A DNA stretch of 61,511 nt, taken from Candidatus Saccharimonadota bacterium. GTDB lineage: Bacteria; Patescibacteriota; Saccharimonadia; CAILAD01; GCA-016700035. The notes under the pieces were generated by a model. That model worked only from the letters and a program-made list of their open reading frames with translations. It ran no database searches and had not been told where the DNA came from. This document shows, piece by piece, positions 20,307-28,823 of this stretch (positions are counted from its first letter, which is position 1; every line of letters starts with the position of its first letter). The stretch lies in NCBI GenBank assembly GCA_046350755.1, contig JAXLZV010000003.1, forward strand, positions 1-61,511. Reading direction: 5' to 3'. The position numbers and the translations under genes were made by a program.

Positions 20307-20879
20307 TTACATCAAGCCAAGCTTACGAGCACATGATGGCCAAGGTGACCAGCCGCGAGCGGCTTGGGTGGCCTGAGCCTTAGCGTCCTGGACGGCCGGT
20401 GGCGCAAGGTCTGGACGGGCATAGCCGCCATAGTTGCCCCAGGTCGACAGGGAGTACTGGTAGGCACCGTAGTAGCCGTTACCAGTGTTTTTGGTGTAGT
20501 CACCGCCAGCTTCACAGAAACGTAGCTTGGCGAAGGCGTCAGCACCGCCAATGATGACAGGAGCGACGGTCGCACGTACGGTCTGGACACGGGCCTTCAG
20601 CTTAGCTTTCGCAGCCGCTTCAGCCTGGGCAGCAGCTTCTTGTTTAGCCTTGAGGGGCTTCACAACCGCGTCGTCAAATGACGGCTTGGTCGAAACAACT
20701 GCTAGGGGTTTATACGATTTTATGTCGTTTGAGATGTTTAAGGTGACGATGTGGGTCGTAGTGCCCGCAGCCTCGGCGCGGGGCGTCAGCTGGGCGGTAG
20801 CCGGGATTTGCACGAGTGAAGTGGCTACCTGGGAAATGAGAATGGCCGCAGTGGCCAAAACTTCTGTGTAGATACGCAT
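20307..20879 (-). CDS. Resuscitation-promoting factor (Rpf)-like transglycosylase, secreted
   Basis: LRFCEAGGDY..NTGNGYYGAYQY..STW..YGG, APPAVQD, GWSPWPSC; signal-like N-terminus; ATG 20879 preferred to GTG 20918. Confidence 0.9.
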   Translation of the reverse strand: MRIYTEVLATAAILISQVATSLVQIPATAQLTPRAEAAGTTTHIVTLNISNDIKSYKPLAVVSTKPSFDDAVVKPLKAKQEAAAQAEAAAKAKLKARVQTVRATVAPVIIGGADAFAKLRFCEAGGDYTKNTGNGYYGAYQYSLSTWGNYGGYARPDLAPPAVQDAKAQATQAARGWSPWPSCARKLGLM

Positions 20880-21056
20880 GAGCGTCCCTAAAGTGGGAAG
20901 AAGTGAACTCCTTTCCACCCTCCGTCGAACCTGTTATCAGGGGTTAGCCTGACGTTTAGAGGTTCCTGCCAGCCTATCTGGAGCACATATAGCTTCCAGG
21001 TAAGCCCCTCTGAAAGAAAACGACCCTACCAGGTAGGGCCATTTCTCCAGAACGGC
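20880..21056 (-). ncRNA. Structured 5' leader, candidate c-di-AMP (ydaO)-like riboswitch variant
   Basis: GGGG-CUUAC-hairpin-AUAGG...GUCAGGCUAACCCC; nested stems and possible pseudoknot; upstream of a cell-wall hydrolase gene. Confidence 0.55.
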
Positions 21057-21060
21057 GGCT

Positions 21061-21089
21061 ATCATACCAAATCATAAGCAGTTTGTCAA
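21061..21089 (-). promoter_or_regulatory. Sigma70-type promoter of the Rpf leader
   Basis: TTGACA (21089-21084)-N17-TATGAT (21066-21061) on - strand. Confidence 0.8.
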
Positions 21090-21161
21090 GGGTTTTTAGG
21101 GCTAGTTTTTAGGTTATACTAGTAAACAACAGATAGTGAATGAGGCTCTACAGGAGGGGAT

Positions 21162-21596
21162 GTGGCGAGAAAAAAGGCACATAAGAAGAAAAAGCGGCAA
21201 GCTAGAGTTCAAGCCGCTCCAAAATCTCAAGCCCCTGTGGTAGGTGAGACGAATTACGTCGAGTCTGGTTCAGTCGTCGGCTCAGCTCAGGCTGCTTCGA
21301 AGAGTAATGATTGGAGCTGGCAAACCTACGTGATTCTGGCCGCCGCCGCGGTTATTATCCTGTTTGCTGGCTGGCTGGTGATTCGCTCGCTAACTACCAG
21401 TCAGATCGCTCCGCCGAAAAGCCCATCTGGGAGTAGTTCAATCCCCATTAGCGGTGAGGCTAACCCGCAACAGTTGCAGGCTGGCACACCTGAGGTGCAA
21501 TCGGGGGGTAATCCGGGAGGCGCCAGCTCATCAGAGAACAATGGCTTACAGGAGCCACAGTCGCTGACGCCAGAGCAACTGCAAGGCCTGCAATAA
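21162..21596 (+). CDS. Hypothetical single-pass membrane protein
   Basis: Basic N-terminus, one TM (YVILAAAAVIILFAGWLVI), low-complexity tail; AGGAGG SD. Confidence 0.7.
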   Translation: MARKKAHKKKKRQARVQAAPKSQAPVVGETNYVESGSVVGSAQAASKSNDWSWQTYVILAAAAVIILFAGWLVIRSLTTSQIAPPKSPSGSSSIPISGEANPQQLQAGTPEVQSGGNPGGASSSENNGLQEPQSLTPEQLQGLQ

Positions 21597-21654
21597 CCTT
21601 GACCGAGAGCCCCAGATAGGGTAAGATAGTCGAGCTAATCTATTAATCACCACA

Positions 21655-21719
21655 GCAGCTTCATGCTTATCGTCTCTACGGAGCATAAGCCAACTTCCTC
21701 CCGCTCGGGACGAAGCTGC
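21655..21719 (+). promoter_or_regulatory. Structured rpsB leader (probable S2 autoregulatory element)
   Basis: GCAGCTTC/GAAGCTGC closing stem with inner GCTTAT/ATAAGC and TCCC/GGGA stems. Confidence 0.6.
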
Positions 21720-21741
21720 CAGGTAACAAGGAAGAGGAAAT

Positions 21742-22494
21742 ATGCCTACTAAAGCAACTGCGTCGAAAACTGACGCTTCTACAAATTTGCAAGAGCTCTT
21801 GCAAGCTGGTGCCCACTTTGGTCATCGCACTGAGCGTTGGCACCCAAAGATGGGTCAGTACATTCATTCTGCCCGCAATGGCGTGCATATCATTGATCTT
21901 ATTCAGACCGAGAGTCAGCTCGAAAAGGCTGAGAAATTCGTTCGTGAGCTGACTGCTGACGGCAAGCTCATTATGTTTGTCGCAACCAAGCGCCAGGCGA
22001 AAGGCATTGTGACTGAAGCTGCTCAATCGGCTGGCATGCCGTATGTGACTCACCGCTGGCTCGGTGGCATGATGACGAACTGGGAGACGATTTCGAGTCG
22101 TATTCGCCATCTGAAGAAGCTCGAAGCTGCAAAGGCCGATGGGAGCTTGGAGCGTTTGACGAAAAAAGAGCGTTTGCTGATTGATAACGAGATCGAGAAG
22201 TTAACTAAAGTGTTCTCAGGGGTGAAAGAACTAACGGCTCCCCCAGCGGCGATTTTTGTGATCGATGTGATGCGTGAAATGACCGCGATTAAGGAAGCTG
22301 GCACTCTGAAGATACCGGTTATCGCAATGGTTGATACCAACGCTGATCCGAGTCTTGTGCAGTATCCGATTCCGGCTAATGACGACGCTATCAAGTCGAT
22401 TGCGCTGATTACTGGTCGAATCGCCCGGGCTGCGGCCGAAGGCCAGGCTGCTTATAACGCCAAAACAAAAGCTGAGACCAAGGAGGAAGAGTAA
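21742..22494 (+). CDS. rpsB: 30S ribosomal protein S2
   Basis: LLQAGAHFGH..WHPKM, RWLGGMMTN, DTNADP, PANDDAIKS. Confidence 0.98.
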   Translation: MPTKATASKTDASTNLQELLQAGAHFGHRTERWHPKMGQYIHSARNGVHIIDLIQTESQLEKAEKFVRELTADGKLIMFVATKRQAKGIVTEAAQSAGMPYVTHRWLGGMMTNWETISSRIRHLKKLEAAKADGSLERLTKKERLLIDNEIEKLTKVFSGVKELTAPPAAIFVIDVMREMTAIKEAGTLKIPVIAMVDTNADPSLVQYPIPANDDAIKSIALITGRIARAAAEGQAAYNAKTKAETKEEE

Positions 22495-22496
22495 AT

Positions 22497-23090
22497 ATGG
22501 CAATTTCAGTAACTGATATTCAGAAGCTCCGGCAGATGACCGGTGCTGGCATGATGAAGGCTAAAGAGGCACTCGAAGAAGCCAACGGCGACATGACCAA
22601 GGCCCAAGAAATCCTGCGCGTTAAAGGAATGGCGAGTGCTGACAAAAAATCAGATCGCGCTGCTAGCGCCGGGATGATTGGTAGCTATGTTCATGGTGGT
22701 CGCATTGGTGTCTTAGTTGAGGTGAACTGTGAGACTGACTTCGTCGTTAAGACAGAAGACTTCCAAGAGCTGGTTGAAGAGCTCTCTCTGCATATCGCGG
22801 CAATGAATCCACAGGTGGTGAGCCGGGAAGATGTTGTGGAAGACGTGCTGGCTAAAGAAAAGAGCCTGTTTGTAGAAGAAGTCAAAGAATCGGGTAAGCC
22901 CGCCGAACATGCTGCTAAGATCGTCGAAGGCAAGCTCGATAAATGGCTTGGAAGCATCGCCTTGATGGAGCAGACCTACTACAAGGATGACTCGATGACT
23001 ATCGAGCAGCTCGTGAAGGCTACCATCGGTAAACTGGGTGAAAATATCGTTGTTCGTCGCTTCGTACGCTTCGAACTTAACGGCGAATAG
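22497..23090 (+). CDS. tsf: Elongation factor Ts (short form)
   Basis: LRQMTGAGMM, EVNCETDFV, ENIVVRRFVRF. Confidence 0.97.
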   Translation: MAISVTDIQKLRQMTGAGMMKAKEALEEANGDMTKAQEILRVKGMASADKKSDRAASAGMIGSYVHGGRIGVLVEVNCETDFVVKTEDFQELVEELSLHIAAMNPQVVSREDVVEDVLAKEKSLFVEEVKESGKPAEHAAKIVEGKLDKWLGSIALMEQTYYKDDSMTIEQLVKATIGKLGENIVVRRFVRFELNGE

Positions 23091-23107
23091 ATCGCGCCTA
23101 CTCGTAG

Positions 23108-23142
23108 AAAAGCAGCCCCAAAGACCAAGCGGGGCTGTTTTT
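23108..23142 (+). terminator. Intrinsic terminator of rpsB-tsf
   Basis: AAAAGCAGCCCC/GGGGCTGTTTT. Confidence 0.75.
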
Positions 23143-23213
23143 AGATAATTGACTAAATGACAATATTATGATATATGTAATCATTACTGTACCTTCGATA
23201 TAAGGAGTTCGTT

Positions 23214-23747
23214 TTGAATCTCAAGCGAGAGTTGTCATTCCTCCGTGAGCGACTGCGTCGCCGTGAGGGGCGCAAGCCCAGCGCGGAAGATGTTTCCATC
23301 AGCTACCCAGGGCGTCCCTTCAATGCTACGCCAAACTTCTATTACTTCGCGCAGTGCGGACGACCCTGCTACCTGCCGATCTACCCGGGGCCTCGTCTCG
23401 GTGGGCGAGACTGGGCGGTGACTGAGGGTTGGCCGTGTGAGTTCTACAGCCGACACGAACGAACTGCCGGCCCGCACTGCTACTGCGAGACCGGTGTGAA
23501 ACCGGGTGACTGGGTCCAAGTCGTAGCCCAGGTGCGTGGTCAGATGATCACCAATGAGATTGGCCATCGGAGCGACATTTGGGACGTGATCCTGCTGCCG
23601 CGCGAGAAGGCCACTCGCAACGTAGGGCTTCTGGTTCCCGCGGATCAAGAGTCCTACTACGGACTTGCTTCAGATATGTGGCTCGGCAATACCGGCTGGC
23701 ACGGTATTCCGTTCCATCGCCTCAATGGCGATCCATGGCCGAAGTGA
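23214..23747 (+). CDS. Orphan hypothetical protein (Cys/Trp-rich, GC-rich codons)
   Basis: 177-aa ORF, TAAGGAG SD before TTG, own promoter-like region and downstream hairpin. Confidence 0.6.
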   Translation: MNLKRELSFLRERLRRREGRKPSAEDVSISYPGRPFNATPNFYYFAQCGRPCYLPIYPGPRLGGRDWAVTEGWPCEFYSRHERTAGPHCYCETGVKPGDWVQVVAQVRGQMITNEIGHRSDIWDVILLPREKATRNVGLLVPADQESYYGLASDMWLGNTGWHGIPFHRLNGDPWPK

Positions 23748-23767
23748 TCTCGGTCATCTCATTCTCA

Positions 23768-23806
23768 AGTCGGGGCGCTTCGTACGCTCCGACTCTTTCT
23801 TTTTTA
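23768..23806 (+). terminator. Hairpin plus U-tract after the orphan gene
   Basis: AGTCGGGGCG-CTTCGTA-CGCTCCGACT followed by CTTTCTTTTTT. Confidence 0.7.
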
Positions 23807-23834
23807 TCGATACAAACCTGATATAATGATCGGT

Positions 23835-24392
23835 ATGCAAGAAATTCTCAAAAACTCCGAAGAGGCGATGAAGCGTGGCCTCGACTACTTTCAGACTGAA
23901 ATGGATGGCGTCCAGGCTGGTCGGGCGCAGACTAGCTTAATTGAAGGTGTGAAGGTTGATGCCTATGGTCAAGAAATGACTATGAAGCAGGTTGGTACCA
24001 TCTCAACGCCCGATCAACGTACCCTTCAGGTCCAGGTGTGGGACACTGCGTTGGTGTCAGCGGTTGAGAAGGCGATTCGTGACAATCAGTCGCTCGGTCT
24101 GTCCCCCGCTACAGATGGCAATATGGTGCGTATGCAGATCCCGGCCATGACTGAAGAGCGCCGTCTCGATCTGGTGAAGGGGCTGTCTGAAAAACTCGAA
24201 GCCGCGAACGTCACGCTGCGAAACGCTCGTCATGATGGTCTCAAGAAGGCTAAGACCGCCAAAGAAGACGGCTCGATGCCCGAAGACGAGTACTTCAAGA
24301 CCGAAAAAGCTCTCGACGAACTGATCAAAAAGTATCAAGCGCAAGCCGAGCAGATTTTCGCGGCAAAAAAACAAGAAGTACTGACAGTCTAG
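23835..24392 (+). CDS. frr: Ribosome recycling factor
   Basis: GRAQTSLIE, MTEERRLDLVK, RNARHD; ATG 23835 is 7 nt after TATAAT. Confidence 0.95.
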   Translation: MQEILKNSEEAMKRGLDYFQTEMDGVQAGRAQTSLIEGVKVDAYGQEMTMKQVGTISTPDQRTLQVQVWDTALVSAVEKAIRDNQSLGLSPATDGNMVRMQIPAMTEERRLDLVKGLSEKLEAANVTLRNARHDGLKKAKTAKEDGSMPEDEYFKTEKALDELIKKYQAQAEQIFAAKKQEVLTV

Positions 24393-24440
24393 CGACGTTT
24401 TTCAGTCCGTCCTCAGAAAATATCAGCTATAATACTGGTA

Positions 24441-25520
24441 ATGATTTTGATTATTCTGCTGGTGCTGTTGGTCTTCTCAGTACTCGTGATCGCTCACGAG
24501 TTTGGGCATTTTATCGTTGCCAAACGTAACGGTATCAAGGTCTATGAATTTGGGGTTGGTTTCCCACCCAAGCTGTGGGGTAAAAAGTGGCGCGGCACCG
24601 AGTATACGGTGAATCTCTTGCCGCTTGGCGGTTTTGTTCGTCTCGAAGGCGAAGATAATGAATCGAAGGGTCCGAAGAGCTTCGCTTCGAAGTCCCTTTG
24701 GGTGAAGACGAAGGTCCTGATGGCGGGTGTTGCGATGAATACGCTGATCGCTTGGGTTATCTTTACTTACTTGGCGGCGACTGGCATTCCGCAGATCTTT
24801 CCCTTTAAGATGCCCAGCCTTGGCCCCATCACCCCGATAGAGACTACAGCGCCTAAACTGGTGGTATTCCAAGTCGGCAAAGACAGCGTGGCAGAGGCAG
24901 CCGGTATTACCACCGGAGACTCCCTGGTTACGATCAACGGCCAGGCTTTTCGAGATGAAGCGGCGCTCAAAGAGTTTACGAGTGCCAATGCCGGCAAATC
25001 TGTAAAAATTGTCTATACCCACAGTGGTGTAGACAAGACTGTCGATGCCACCCTTGGTAATGATCCATCGAAGGGGATACTTGGTGTGGTTGCCATTCCA
25101 CAGACGAAAGATAAGTACGAGTGGTGGGCAGCACCAATCGCCGGGCTGCTGATAATGTGGCAGGCGATGTTGGCAACAGTCGTGGCCTTTTTTGGCGCCA
25201 TCGCGACTCTCCTCACCCAGTTTAAAGTGGCTGAAACGGTGACTGGCCCCGTGGGTGTAACTGCGGTTTTTGGGCAGGTTGTACGTTTTGGCATGGACTA
25301 TGTATTAGTGCTGGTAGCCTCGATATCGTTATCGCTGGCAGTTATTAATGCCCTGCCATTACCGGCGCTCGATGGTGGTCGTTTATTCTTGCTGGTCTTG
25401 AAACGACTTGGTGTTCCGATCAGCGATAAGTCGGAAACCTGGGCTCACGTCGCGGGTTTTGTAGCCTTGATTGCACTAGGAATAATCATTGCTCTCAGTG
25501 ACATCAGCCGTTTCTTCTAG
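24441..25520 (+). CDS. rseP: RIP metalloprotease RseP (M50) with PDZ domain
   Basis: HEFGH, LLPLGGFV, AGVAMN, NALPLPALDGG. Confidence 0.94.
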   Translation: MILIILLVLLVFSVLVIAHEFGHFIVAKRNGIKVYEFGVGFPPKLWGKKWRGTEYTVNLLPLGGFVRLEGEDNESKGPKSFASKSLWVKTKVLMAGVAMNTLIAWVIFTYLAATGIPQIFPFKMPSLGPITPIETTAPKLVVFQVGKDSVAEAAGITTGDSLVTINGQAFRDEAALKEFTSANAGKSVKIVYTHSGVDKTVDATLGNDPSKGILGVVAIPQTKDKYEWWAAPIAGLLIMWQAMLATVVAFFGAIATLLTQFKVAETVTGPVGVTAVFGQVVRFGMDYVLVLVASISLSLAVINALPLPALDGGRLFLLVLKRLGVPISDKSETWAHVAGFVALIALGIIIALSDISRFF

Positions 25521-25524
25521 AGAT

Positions 25525-26247
25525 GTGACCAGCGGCGGTCAAAAAGCTGCCTGGCGGTTTGAGGATGCGATTTGGGTCCTGATATTGCCAATATTGCTGC
25601 CGCTGGTCGTAGTCTTTAGTTTGCAGATATACGCCGGGCTCGGCTTGCTACCAGGCCGATGGCTCGAGCTTATGAGCGCCGATTCGCGACTCGCATTAGT
25701 GGTGCAGTATTTCTTCAGCCTGATGATCTATGGTGCGGTGATTGGCTGGTTGGTATGGCGCCGCCGAGCCCGCTGGCAGGATCTGGGGGTCAAGACTTTT
25801 CAACCCCGTTGGCTAGCGGTGGTGGGTGGCCTCTATATCGTGCAGGTTATCGCAATGATCGCGGTGTTTGCACTTGTCGAGTTACTGTTGCCGCAGGTTA
25901 ATCTCGATGAAAAGCAGTCGGTGCTAGAATTCGGCTTGCAAGGCTGGGGGTGGTGGTTGAGTTTTGTATCGACCGTAGTGATAGCACCGGTACTTGAAGA
26001 AATAATGTTTCGGGGCATAATGTTTACGGCTCTAACATCTCGCTGGCGGGTTTGGCTAGCGGCCATCGTGTCATCGCTGGCTTTCGCCTTCCTGCACGGA
26101 CAGGTAAATGTTGGTATCTACACCTTTATCTTTGGCTTATTGCTCTGCTGGCTCTATCGCAAGAGCCGCAGTATCGTCCCGGGTATTATCTTGCATTTTC
26201 TGAATAATCTGGTGGCATTTTGGCTGTTGAGTCAGGCGGTAACGTGA
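25525..26247 (+). CDS. CPBP/Abi (CAAX-like) intramembrane glutamic protease
   Basis: APVLEEIMFRG, FAFLH, HFLNN; GTG 25525 likely start. Confidence 0.9.
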   Translation: MTSGGQKAAWRFEDAIWVLILPILLPLVVVFSLQIYAGLGLLPGRWLELMSADSRLALVVQYFFSLMIYGAVIGWLVWRRRARWQDLGVKTFQPRWLAVVGGLYIVQVIAMIAVFALVELLLPQVNLDEKQSVLEFGLQGWGWWLSFVSTVVIAPVLEEIMFRGIMFTALTSRWRVWLAAIVSSLAFAFLHGQVNVGIYTFIFGLLLCWLYRKSRSIVPGIILHFLNNLVAFWLLSQAVT

Positions 26248-26290
26248 TAAAGGTTGAGGCCACCTATCTACTCCTGGTAGACTGGTAAGA

Positions 26291-27361
26291 ATGAAACTGC
26301 CACGAGTCCGCCTTCCAGAATTTATTGGGCGGCTGTCCCACGATATTGGTATCGATTTGGGGACAGCCAACACGCTTGTGTATTTGCGTGGTAAGGGCAT
26401 TGTGATCGATGAGCCCAGCGTAGTGGCGATTAATAATAAGACGCGTCAAATTTTAGCAATTGGCGATGAAGCGAAGCGCATGGTTGGGAAGACTCCGGCG
26501 AATATTGTTGCTTCGCGCCCTCTGGTCGATGGGGTCGTCTCGGACTTTGAGGTGACGGAGCAGATGTTGAAGTATTTTATTGATAAGGTGCACAAACAGA
26601 GTTTTGCTTTGATCCCGCGCCCGCGGGTTGTGATTGGCATTCCATCTGGCGTCACGGAGGTCGAAAAACGGGCCGTCGAAGATGCTGCTACCAACGCCGG
26701 TGCGCGTTCAGCGTATTTGATCGAAGAGCCGATGGCGGCGGCAGTGGGAGCTGAATTGCCAGTCCACGATGCCGCTGGCTCGATGATCGTTGATATTGGT
26801 GGTGGTACTAGCGAAGTCGCCGTTATCTCACTGGGTGGCATTGTGGCCTCGCGGTCGATTCGTATCGCGGGTGATGAGTTGACTGAGGATATCATGACGT
26901 TTGCGAAAGAAGAGTTTAATCTCCAGGTAGGTGAGCGCACAGCTGAAGCGATTAAGATTTCGGTTGGCTCCGCTAGTGAGCTTGATCATATGCTCGAGGC
27001 ACCAATTCGCGGTCGTGATATCGTCACTGGCCTACCAAAAGAGGTGATCATTAATTCTGATCAAGTGCGGGCCGCGCTCTCTAAGTCAGTGCGGGCAATC
27101 GTCAACGCCGTCAAAGACACTATCGAAGAGACCCCACCCGAACTGATCGCTGATATTATGGACCGAGGCATTCATCTGGCCGGGGGCGGTGCGCTGTTAC
27201 GCGGCCTGGATCAATTATTGCAACAACAAACCAAGATGCCAGTGGTGATTGTAGATGATCCATTGACGGCCGTTGCGCGGGGGACCGGTGCGGTGCTTGA
27301 GGATCTTGATACGCTAAAAGATGTTCTGGTGTCGACGCAGTACGAAAAAACTCCGCGTTAA
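26291..27361 (+). CDS. mreB: Rod shape-determining protein MreB
   Basis: GIDLGTANT, EEPMAAA, VDIGGGTSE, GGGALLRG. Confidence 0.98.
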   Translation: MKLPRVRLPEFIGRLSHDIGIDLGTANTLVYLRGKGIVIDEPSVVAINNKTRQILAIGDEAKRMVGKTPANIVASRPLVDGVVSDFEVTEQMLKYFIDKVHKQSFALIPRPRVVIGIPSGVTEVEKRAVEDAATNAGARSAYLIEEPMAAAVGAELPVHDAAGSMIVDIGGGTSEVAVISLGGIVASRSIRIAGDELTEDIMTFAKEEFNLQVGERTAEAIKISVGSASELDHMLEAPIRGRDIVTGLPKEVIINSDQVRAALSKSVRAIVNAVKDTIEETPPELIADIMDRGIHLAGGGALLRGLDQLLQQQTKMPVVIVDDPLTAVARGTGAVLEDLDTLKDVLVSTQYEKTPR

Positions 27362-27386
27362 TTGACGCTGAAGATATGGAGGGTAG

Positions 27387-28181
27387 ATGCGGAAAAACTC
27401 AAGAGCGCGCCTAGCGGCAATTATTACAGTCGTGGTAGTGACGGTGATTTTGGCTTTTCAGCTACTTGGTCTGTGGCGTCCTTTTCAAATCGTGATTGAT
27501 GGGATTACCCGCCCGATTAGCGGCGCGTTGTCGGGTATGACGCGCGGCATTGGCTCTGGCATATCCACATTAGGGTCGCTAGCGACTTTATCGAAAGAAA
27601 ACGCTCGCTTGAGCCAAGCTCTGTCCGAAAAGGAGTCACAGCTGGCGGAACGCAAGGAGGTTGAGCAAGAGAACGAACTTTTGAGGCAGCAGCTCAATTT
27701 TTCAAAAAATCAGCCCTTCCAACTGATTGGCGCCTCAGTCGTCGGTTATAGTCCAGATAATGTTCGCCGCAGTTTGACAATCGATCGCGGCTCGAACGAT
27801 GGCATTACTGCCGGCCAAGCTGTCATGAGCTCGGGGGTGATGGTTGGTAAGGTTGATAAGGTCAATGATCGCTCAGCCATAGTGTATTTGGTTAATGACC
27901 CAGAATTTCGTGTCCAAGGCCTCAGTCAATCTGGTCGCGCACGTGGCATCGTTCGTGGGCAATTGGGTAGTGGTCTGCATTTTGAAAATATCGCCCAAAG
28001 TGAAACTCTCGAAAAGGGTGAGTACGTCCTGTCGGCCGGTTCGGAGTTGGTGCCTAAGGGCATTCTTATTGGCGCTATTGAATCGATCGACCGCAGTGAT
28101 AATGAGATTTTTCAGGCGGCAAACTTACGTCCGTTAGTTGATTATCGGCGACTTGAGACCGTCTTTGTGGTGAAGAACTAG
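27387..28181 (+). CDS. mreC: Rod shape-determining protein MreC
   Basis: TM + coiled coil (ENARL, ENELLRQQL), IDRGSNDGI, PKGILIG; follows mreB. Confidence 0.93.
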   Translation: MRKNSRARLAAIITVVVVTVILAFQLLGLWRPFQIVIDGITRPISGALSGMTRGIGSGISTLGSLATLSKENARLSQALSEKESQLAERKEVEQENELLRQQLNFSKNQPFQLIGASVVGYSPDNVRRSLTIDRGSNDGITAGQAVMSSGVMVGKVDKVNDRSAIVYLVNDPEFRVQGLSQSGRARGIVRGQLGSGLHFENIAQSETLEKGEYVLSAGSELVPKGILIGAIESIDRSDNEIFQAANLRPLVDYRRLETVFVVKN

Positions 28182-28684
28182 TGCGTACAGGGTGGCTCAT
28201 TTTTCTGGCGCTGGTAACTGCACTGCTGCAGACCGCACTCCATGGTTTGGGGGCAAATGTGGTTATCCCGAATCTTCCTTTAGTATTAATCGTATGGATT
28301 GCGCCGCGAGTATCCGCAGCCCGGTTGTCGGCAATCGCGGTGACGATGGGGATCATTCTTGAGTCAAATAGTCTGCTGCCATTTGGGACACAGCTACTTG
28401 GGTTACTCGTATTTGTCTTGGCGGCGAAGTTAATTTTGCAGGAAGAAACCGAAAGCCGTCTGGGCTTCCAGGTTGCTCTAGTGGTTGCCGCAACCATGAT
28501 TTCGGTGGCTATTTCCGCGGCTAGCTTGCCATTTAGTGATATCGCTCAATTTTGGACCACAATACTCTTCCAGGGAGCCCTAGAAAGCTTGTATAATGGA
28601 ATTATTATTGTGTTACTTGCTGGCTTGACCAATGGTCGGTCAAGGCGTGGCGATCAGCAGCGTCGTTATCGCTTGCCTGCTTAA
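28181..28684 (+). CDS. mreD: Rod shape-determining protein MreD-like membrane protein
   Basis: About 5 TM segments, PNLPLVL, between mreC and mrdA. Confidence 0.75.
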   Translation: MRTGWLIFLALVTALLQTALHGLGANVVIPNLPLVLIVWIAPRVSAARLSAIAVTMGIILESNSLLPFGTQLLGLLVFVLAAKLILQEETESRLGFQVALVVAATMISVAISAASLPFSDIAQFWTTILFQGALESLYNGIIIVLLAGLTNGRSRRGDQQRRYRLPA

Positions 28685-28823
28685 GTCTCACAGTGTGGGA
28701 ATGAACTAATGTTGAGAGAGAGGGGTAGCTATCGCACGATCTATCTTCGGTAACCACGACCAAAAACTAGCAATCAAGTCCTCTTCAAAAGAGCGAGCGG
28801 TTCGCGATAGCGAGGCGTGGTCG

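Noticed and set aside
20880-20918. GTG 20918 as the Rpf gene start
   Set aside because: It lies inside the leader hairpin; ATG 20879 gives a more plausible signal peptide
11567-22503. Antisense ORFs over parA, htrA, prfA and rpsB (for example 11567-11806, 16714-17231, 21676-22110)
   Set aside because: They lie opposite strongly conserved genes, have no recognisable motifs and are best explained as shadow frames
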